From a virus: a stretch of DNA of 64,000 bases. This document shows, piece by piece, positions 57,667 to 64,000 of the stretch. Where the stretch lies: positions 1-64,000 of the IMG/VR virus record IMGVR_UViG_3300027985_001729, one strand, 5' to 3'. Positions within the stretch are counted from its first letter, which is position 1; each line of letters begins with the position of its first letter. A program made the translations under genes and the position numbers. The notes under the pieces were generated by a model. That model saw only the letters and a list, made by a program, of their open reading frames with translations, made no database searches and was not told where the DNA came from.

Positions 57667-59035
57667 CCGGAGAAACGGATGACTGCCAACGAACGAGACG
57701 CGCCAGCGCTTCGATAACCGACTCCCCATCGGCGGGCTTCACCAGTGCCACCACCGCGGCGAGCTGGGCGCGGGCCATGGCCACCTCACGGCGTTGGGCG
57801 TCGGCCTCTTCCTGGTAGTGGGTCACCTGCTTGCGTAGGTCCTTGGCGATCACCTTGTGCGCGCTGGCCTGGGCCCTGAGCTTGGTAGCGATCTCGGCCG
57901 GGTTGTTCCCGCGTCTCCTCGATGCCAAGTCGTCGAGGAGGTACTCCACCGTGGTCACGATGTGAGCGTAGGTCGGCCTGTCCGACAGTTTCGGGAACCT
58001 ATCCAAGAGCTTCTTGTCGATGCGCTGAAGGAGAGGTGCAACGTTCGCGGCGGGATCGGTGCACGGGGAACCTGACCCGTGCAGGATCTCGAGCTCGACC
58101 ATGCGCGACACCACTTGCTCGATGCACGTCTCGATCGTTGCCGAAGTGATCTCCCTGAAGCCTGCCTTGCGCAGGGTGGCCGCAATGCGATCGCGGAACA
58201 AGCGCCACGTCGTGAGCTCCTCGAACAGCACTTCGGTACAAGCGGCGATTTCATCTGGCCTTGATCTTGATGATATCAGCGGGAATTGCTGAGCGATCTT
58301 CCAATCGATCCGAGCTAGCAGCGAGGATAGCTCTGCCGACTTGCCGATGAGGCATACTGCCGTATCGACCATGTTGTCGCCGGCGATAGTGGCATGGTGC
58401 TTGGCAACAGCCATCCCGACGCGGCCCACATCTTCTGCCAGCGACATTTTATGCTCACGTAGTTCTACGACCTCCTTGCGAAGAGAATCGATGAGCTTTG
58501 CGTCGTTGTCCCTCGCTTCCGCCATTGCATCGAATGACGCAACGTTCGACCTGTTCTTTTCCTCGAGTTCCTTCACTCGAGCCTCGGACAACGACAGCGC
58601 ATCATCGATCTTCTTGACCTTCTCCGTATCCGTGGCAATCCGCCCGTCGATTGAGTGAAGGCGCTCTAGTTCCGACTCGATGAAACGAAGCTCGACGTCT
58701 TTCGCACCTTCGGCCAAGAGAGAGTCGGCAAACATCTGCTTGATACGGTCCAGCAGGTTCCTGCTCCAGCCGCGGTCCACCGGCCACGCAGCCGAGGCGT
58801 TGACATCCTTCGCGTGAGCGACGAGCTTTCCGTAGTGGGCCCTTATCCGCTGCAATGAGGCCAGCCCGAGCGATTCACCGCTATCATTCGGTTCAGCCGA
58901 GAATCGGTAGAGTGAGGATCGAAGCTCGTCTAGAACGAGGTCCGTTTCACCATCGGCTGGCTTTTCATTGCCTGCCTTGTCCACGAGAGCCCTGACGACC
59001 CTCAGCCCTTCATTGCTCAGAAAAAGTACCTTCAT
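57641..59035 (-). CDS. Coiled-coil hypothetical protein
   Basis: GGAGG ribosome-binding site; internal repeat LLARIDWK/LLQRIDKK. Confidence 0.65.
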   Translation of the reverse strand: MKVLFLSNEGLRVVRALVDKAGNEKPADGETDLVLDELRSSLYRFSAEPNDSGESLGLASLQRIRAHYGKLVAHAKDVNASAAWPVDRGWSRNLLDRIKQMFADSLLAEGAKDVELRFIESELERLHSIDGRIATDTEKVKKIDDALSLSEARVKELEEKNRSNVASFDAMAEARDNDAKLIDSLRKEVVELREHKMSLAEDVGRVGMAVAKHHATIAGDNMVDTAVCLIGKSAELSSLLARIDWKIAQQFPLISSRSRPDEIAACTEVLFEELTTWRLFRDRIAATLRKAGFREITSATIETCIEQVVSRMVELEILHGSGSPCTDPAANVAPLLQRIDKKLLDRFPKLSDRPTYAHIVTTVEYLLDDLASRRRGNNPAEIATKLRAQASAHKVIAKDLRKQVTHYQEEADAQRREVAMARAQLAAVVALVKPADGESVIEALARLVRWQSSVSPDETVPTTG

Positions 59036-59093
59036 CGATTTCCTCCCAGAGAGGCATGGGGTGGCGAGTTGCACCCCATGCCTCTGACCTTCG

Positions 59094-59996
59094 TCACACC
59101 CGCGCGGAACTACCATGCTTGCCGCGCCCACGCCCTCCGCCGCCCGAGCTCCGCCCGGACAACTCCTTCGCCGCATCGAGCTCGGCAGTGAGCGAGGCGA
59201 CGACCTGCACCACCGACCCCTTCGGGAGGGAGGCGAACACGCGCTTGATTGGCTCTGTTGAGTTGGTCGGCTGAACGACGAGCTCCCCTCCGAACACAGA
59301 GACGCACGCATCGGGGTACCTCACCTTGAGCGCTGCCTCGATGGCATCGACCGTGTAAGGAAGGAGCACCCGCTCGGCGTCGGAGATGACAGCATCGATC
59401 GTCATCTCCTGCCAGTTCGAAGGAGCCACGTGCGTCTCGGTGCCCCACGAGAGATGCATGTACACGTTGTTCCCGACGATCGATGCGCTGGCGCTGGCAC
59501 CATGGCGCTCTGCCCAGGCATCCTTCACCTTCTCGAAGTTGCGGCCGCGCTCTGCCCGAGCGACGAACTCCTCGATGGCCTTGAACTCGATGAGGACGCA
59601 CGTGCGGTGCATGGGGGACTCATCGCTCATGAACGTGTCCCCCTGAGCCACCACAGGCTCAGGTTTCAGGATGAGCGGCCGGAGCAAGCCAACGATGGCG
59701 TTCGCGACCATCGGGCCGTAGAAGGGGCGCCTGACGTCGGCGCTGAGGTGCTCCCAGGTGACGGGCTCGTCGTGGGTGTACGCCGCGAAGGAGGTCGCGC
59801 TCGGGTCCTTCTTCTTTGCGGCCAAGGCGAGCTCCGGGATCGACATGATCGCCACGTCGACATCATCCGGGTTGATGGTGGGGAGAGGTCTTTTCGCAAA
59901 GTCGCGGGCTTCCGTCGCGGCCTTGGTAGCCGCGCGGTGCGTCTCGATGAAGATGTCGGTAAGCATGATCTTGTTCTCTTGGTGGTTGTTGGTCAT
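59094..59996 (-). CDS. Hypothetical protein
   Basis: 300-aa coupled ORF. Confidence 0.6.
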   Translation of the reverse strand: MTNNHQENKIMLTDIFIETHRAATKAATEARDFAKRPLPTINPDDVDVAIMSIPELALAAKKKDPSATSFAAYTHDEPVTWEHLSADVRRPFYGPMVANAIVGLLRPLILKPEPVVAQGDTFMSDESPMHRTCVLIEFKAIEEFVARAERGRNFEKVKDAWAERHGASASASIVGNNVYMHLSWGTETHVAPSNWQEMTIDAVISDAERVLLPYTVDAIEAALKVRYPDACVSVFGGELVVQPTNSTEPIKRVFASLPKGSVVQVVASLTAELDAAKELSGRSSGGGGRGRGKHGSSARV

Positions 59997-62218
59997 GTTC
60001 TTTGGTTCCTGAGCTTGATGTATGTATCCACGGCCTCCATGGCCAGCGGACGTTCTTTGTTGATGTTGCAGGCGGCGATGGCGCGCTCCTTGGCGACGTC
60101 GCGGTCGGTCGCGCGGATTGTCTCATAAACGACGATGCCGAAGAAGCAGTAGAGCACGTCGTCATGGCTCGGCGCTCTCAGGAGCCTGCCAGGCTCACGA
60201 GGCTCGAACATCCCCGTGAGGGTCTTCGTGAGGGCGGCTCGGTCTACGTAGAAATCAGCGCGATGGAGGTGGCGACGCGCATCTTCCACCGTCTTCGCAG
60301 ATGGGACAGCGGCAAGAAGCTGTTTGTCTCCCAAAGAACGCAGCATGTTTGCCCAGGTGTTGGCCGGGTCCTTCAGGATCATATCGCACGTGGCGCGCGC
60401 CACCTCGAGCGATACGTCTTGAGCCGAAGGAATCTCGCCGCTTGGTGGGATGAAGCAGATCGTCGAATAGTTACCAACGATCGCCGACTTCGCGCTCTTC
60501 TCGATGAAGTCCTTGGTTGAGTTGACCATCTGAACTGACTTGGCTCGAGCCTCCAAATTGAACGAGAAAGGGTTTGCTGGAAGGTTGGTGTCGCTGAGCC
60601 TTGGAAGTTCAGAGGCCGCGTCGTCTCTGATAGACTCAGACGCTTTCAGCACGTCTGACATGCTCGTGCGATCGTGGCCACGGTTCGCAAAACGGCCACC
60701 ATAATTCGACCAATGCGCGTCGCTGTTCACAACAAGATCGCACTCGGGACCGCAGAAATTTCCACGCGGCACGATGTACTGGCGGCCGCAATGCGAACAA
60801 CCATCTGGCTTCACGCGGGCGATGCGCGTCCACTTCGACACTTCGGATGCCCTCATGGCGTTGCACGTCAACCCGCTCGAGTACGAGACCATCGCGCCAG
60901 GCAAAACCCCTGTGATGGTGACGCACGAATCGCGAGAGTTCGGCGGCTGTGAAGGGTCGGCGTACACCTCGCCGACTAGCACCGCGCGCGGAACGTCACC
61001 TGGGCCAACGTGGGCAATGATGCCAGCGCAAACGGCTTGTTCACGGAGAGTCGTTTCACTCCAGCGACTATCATGTGACGGCCAACGTCCAGAAAGCACA
61101 ACTACCTTTGGTGCTCCGTCGCTGGACTCATCGACAGCCACCACATGGCACGACCCATCCACGAAATCCCAGATCTGGAGCTCCTCAATAACGTCTGGAG
61201 TTCTGCTTCGACGAAGGTCATCGAGCTTCGCCATCTCGCGATGAGTGGCGGGGAGGCGCCGAATACGGATGCTTTGCCCACCGACACAAATATCGAATGG
61301 CCCTTCCGTGGTCACGCCATAGACAGTGATGCTCGACGCAACACCGAGAATCTTCCCGATATTGTGGATTGGATGAGGTTTCGCCCACGAGATCCTGCCG
61401 GAAGCATCTGCTACGGCAAACCCGCGTTCCACATCCCTCTCCCTTGGCTTCCTTGGCGCGTTGTCCGTATCGAAGTACTTGTAAGCCTTCTTGAAGATGC
61501 CGAGCGCGACGCGATGCGTCTGGTTCTCCGCATGGGTGTTCGACTTGACGTGATCACCAACCACGACATCATCACCGTCCACCTCGAGCACCTCGAACAC
61601 CTCGAACGGCATGCCTTTCGGTCCCATCATGTCGCAGAAAGCCCACGCCCCCGGTACGACCCACGACTCGGGGGGCGGCTCGCAGAACCCGAACGCCTCG
61701 GCGATCCTCCGCCGAAGGTCACGATCCATCATCGCGCCACCACACGCGCCGAAGGCCGTGGCCACGTCGTACTCATCGGTGACGTAATGAGCGGAGAGCT
61801 TCTTGGCCACGGCTGCGGCGTCACTCTCGCCGGTGATCATCCGAGCCACGTTGACGATGGTCTGGGCGTTGCCAGTGAGCGGAGCCATGTCTCGGTCGTC
61901 GTCGCCCACAACGACGCGGAGCACGGTGTACTCAAGGGGAACCGCCGCGGTGATGCGCACCATCCTCGTGCCATGTGGACCACGCATCTTGTCTTCCCAA
62001 ATGTCCACCTCGTCAACGCACGCGCTGGGATGCCCGACGAGCGCCCGAGCCATCGCGGATCTGTCGCTGTCCTTCGTCACAGCTACGTTCTCGCGACCGC
62101 GCCTGACGAGCATCGCCCCGTCGCTCACTTCGCTACCAAGGGGGCTCAAAGCGTTGCCAACCCCAAACATTTTATCGATTCCCATGTCGTTCCTTTCCTG
62201 CGCGGCACACTCGCTCAC
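59993..62218 (-). CDS. Large mosaic hypothetical protein
   Basis: 741-aa ORF with no ATPase motif. Confidence 0.6.
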   Translation of the reverse strand: MSECAAQERNDMGIDKMFGVGNALSPLGSEVSDGAMLVRRGRENVAVTKDSDRSAMARALVGHPSACVDEVDIWEDKMRGPHGTRMVRITAAVPLEYTVLRVVVGDDDRDMAPLTGNAQTIVNVARMITGESDAAAVAKKLSAHYVTDEYDVATAFGACGGAMMDRDLRRRIAEAFGFCEPPPESWVVPGAWAFCDMMGPKGMPFEVFEVLEVDGDDVVVGDHVKSNTHAENQTHRVALGIFKKAYKYFDTDNAPRKPRERDVERGFAVADASGRISWAKPHPIHNIGKILGVASSITVYGVTTEGPFDICVGGQSIRIRRLPATHREMAKLDDLRRSRTPDVIEELQIWDFVDGSCHVVAVDESSDGAPKVVVLSGRWPSHDSRWSETTLREQAVCAGIIAHVGPGDVPRAVLVGEVYADPSQPPNSRDSCVTITGVLPGAMVSYSSGLTCNAMRASEVSKWTRIARVKPDGCSHCGRQYIVPRGNFCGPECDLVVNSDAHWSNYGGRFANRGHDRTSMSDVLKASESIRDDAASELPRLSDTNLPANPFSFNLEARAKSVQMVNSTKDFIEKSAKSAIVGNYSTICFIPPSGEIPSAQDVSLEVARATCDMILKDPANTWANMLRSLGDKQLLAAVPSAKTVEDARRHLHRADFYVDRAALTKTLTGMFEPREPGRLLRAPSHDDVLYCFFGIVVYETIRATDRDVAKERAIAACNINKERPLAMEAVDTYIKLRNQRT

Positions 62219-62307
62219 GCCTTCCTCTTGAAGCTACCACACACAGAGCATGATCCACGTGTCGCAACCATGTAGCGTGAATTTCGTCGATGAATGCTAC
62301 TTCAGCA

Positions 62308-62697
62308 TCACCCAACGTCGATCGAGTAGTCGATGGTCCACGTGAAGGTCACGGCACCAATCGGACCGCTCATCGACTTCGACAAGACCCACGGCCCACC
62401 GATGCGTAGCCGGTCGTCAAAGCCAAGCTCTGCCGTCGCTCTGGCCACGTCGATCGCAGCAGCCATCACCAGCTTGTCCATCACCGCAACGTCGAACACC
62501 TCTCCTCGATCGAACATGCCCTGGGCGTCATCTGGGCTGACCGAGATAGAACTCCGCATGGGCTTCGCCATGATCGCAACGGATGTTGATGTCGACGGGA
62601 CAAGACCGCCACGCGCTCGAGCGATCACCCTGAGCACGCTGTTGGCGAACTTGCTGTAGTCGTCTCGAATGAGCCTTTCTTCGTTCATGCGTGCCAT
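62308..62697 (-). CDS. Hypothetical protein
   Basis: TGATG overlap with upstream gene. Confidence 0.5.
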   Translation of the reverse strand: MARMNEERLIRDDYSKFANSVLRVIARARGGLVPSTSTSVAIMAKPMRSSISVSPDDAQGMFDRGEVFDVAVMDKLVMAAAIDVARATAELGFDDRLRIGGPWVLSKSMSGPIGAVTFTWTIDYSIDVG

Positions 62698-63044
62698 CAC
62701 TTCAAACCCAGCGCTTCGCGCTCCTCGTCGGTCAGCTTGGCCAACGCCTTGGACCTGGCTCGCTCCTTGGCCTCCAGTTCCTTCCCATCGATGTCCACGC
62801 GGGCCATCCTGTCGAGAACGCGCACAGACCCGTCGCTGAGCCTGACCGCCTCCCGTTCCTCGACGACCATGAACGAGCACTCCGCCTTGGCCTTCGTCGA
62901 GAACACGCCGACGACATTCGGCCATCCGCCGCCATCCATCCCCCTGTCAATGCGCAGGTACACTGTGAATAGCTCGCCGACGCGCTCGATGTGATCGAGG
63001 TCCCCAGAAAAGAGATGAGCCTTCCCGTGTTGCGGGTGGTTCAA
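62697..63044 (-). CDS. Hypothetical phage protein
   Basis: C-terminal KALAKLTDEEREALGL motif common in phages. Confidence 0.6.
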   Translation of the reverse strand: MNHPQHGKAHLFSGDLDHIERVGELFTVYLRIDRGMDGGGWPNVVGVFSTKAKAECSFMVVEEREAVRLSDGSVRVLDRMARVDIDGKELEAKERARSKALAKLTDEEREALGLK

Positions 63045-63355
63045 GGCGAGCCACCCGTCTGTTGGAGCTCAAAGTCACCGTACAGTTGCTTCGCCCTCCA
63101 CCTGTCGAAGATCACCTTTGCGATCGACCATACGGCCTTCTCCTTACCGAAGGCTTTGCGCCCGAAGTTTGAGCAGATGCTCTGCGCCTTGAGTCCTTCG
63201 AGCCCTGCCTCGGTCAGCTTCTCGTAGAGCCAACCTCCCGCAGCGCCAACCTCAACGACGCTCGTCGTGCATGGCATCCCAGCATCGACGGCAGCCTTGC
63301 GCCCATCGGACATGAACCTCTTGTACTCATCTTCGCTCAAAAACTCAGGTTTCAT
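63041..63355 (-). CDS. Hypothetical protein
   Basis: Coupled ORF. Confidence 0.5.
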   Translation of the reverse strand: MKPEFLSEDEYKRFMSDGRKAAVDAGMPCTTSVVEVGAAGGWLYEKLTEAGLEGLKAQSICSNFGRKAFGKEKAVWSIAKVIFDRWRAKQLYGDFELQQTGGSP

Positions 63356-63876
63356 TGGATCACATCTTTCTCGAGTCGTGCCTTTTGCATTCGCCGCAGA
63401 CGATCAGCAGGGGTCTCTCGCCTCGGCGGACCTTCGTCCAGCGCCCGCGCTGGCGGCGGGTCTTCGCGCACCGCTGGTTCTTCAGGTTCTGCTGGCTCCT
63501 GCTCTTCGTGCGCTGGTAGCTGACGCGGACCGGCAACCTCGTAGAGACCACGAGCCGAACGCGCCACGAGCCGGTGCGCGACGAGGGCGAGCAGCGCTTG
63601 GTTAGCGCTTGCCCGACTCATCCCAGCACCAGCCGCGATCTCAGCAACCGTGCGCCGGCCTGGGTTCGCACGCAGCCACACCAGAATCCGATCGCCCTGC
63701 GTCCCCTTGCCCGGCTCTGTCGCGGAACCTCGGCGCCCGCGCCCGGACACGTCGCGCTTGGCCTCTCGCGTTCTGTCGAGTCGTTCGCGCAGGCTTGCCT
63801 CCTCGTCCTCGATTCGTCCCAGGAGCCGCTCACGAAGCTCTTTGAACAGCGCTACGTCGTCTTCCAGTCCCATCAC
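63352..63876 (-). CDS. Winged-HTH DNA-binding protein
   Basis: RILVWL...TVAEIAAGAGMSRASANQAL..LV...LV.R..RGLY. Confidence 0.65.
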   Translation of the reverse strand: MMGLEDDVALFKELRERLLGRIEDEEASLRERLDRTREAKRDVSGRGRRGSATEPGKGTQGDRILVWLRANPGRRTVAEIAAGAGMSRASANQALLALVAHRLVARSARGLYEVAGPRQLPAHEEQEPAEPEEPAVREDPPPARALDEGPPRRETPADRLRRMQKARLEKDVIQ

Positions 63877-64000
63877 CCAAGTTCCTCCATCATGTCGATC
63901 ACGGCCCTTTCTCGGTTCGCGCCTTCAGGTAGTCATCCCCGCTGATGACCTGAAGATTCTCGAGCTGGTACCTTGACGCTACACGTCACATAGTGAACCG

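Larger units (their letters stand above)
4614..64000. mobile_element. Temperate phage/prophage with Mu-like contractile-tail morphogenesis module (extends beyond the window)
   Basis: Ordered portal, protease, cement, capsid, neck, sheath, tube, tape measure, baseplate and fibre genes, plus replication and modification modules; no att sites or integrase seen. Confidence 0.9.

Noticed and set aside
59993-62218. Terminase large subunit
   Set aside because: No Walker A/B or RNase H-like nuclease motifs recognised

Overview
High-GC temperate phage or prophage segment with Mu-like contractile-tail morphogenesis genes. The host is probably a myxobacterium (Polyangiaceae-like); this is inferred from GC content, the DnaB N-terminus and a Cys-rich lipoprotein. 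From left to right: (1) 1-4613, an IS1-family transposase with apparent cargo genes (HipA-like kinase, DUF3037-like protein, small regulators), whose right end interrupts a dndC-like gene. (2) 4614-9074, a DNA-modification cluster: Dam-type MTase, a TGT/DpdA-like (DUF7221-like) gene translationally coupled to a DndC-like PAPS-reductase gene. The TGT-like gene is split by a second, decayed HipA/DUF3037 cassette that ends in the same type of GGTGGTG-palindrome terminus. (3) 11.2-17.8 kb, a divergent switch, XRE regulator, two replication proteins with iteron-like repeats, an intein-containing DnaB and a RuvC-like protein. (4) 17.9-27.3 kb, accessory, membrane and holin-like genes. (5) 27.3-55.1 kb (minus strand), tail fibre, baseplate, tape measure, sheath/tube, neck, capsid, a ~1260-aa multidomain protease/scaffold polyprotein and a DUF935 portal. 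(6) A Dps-like gene in the slot where a terminase is expected, then hypothetical early/middle genes. No terminase, integrase, endolysin, tRNA, rRNA or CRISPR array was recognised. All family calls come from motif recognition by eye, not database searches.
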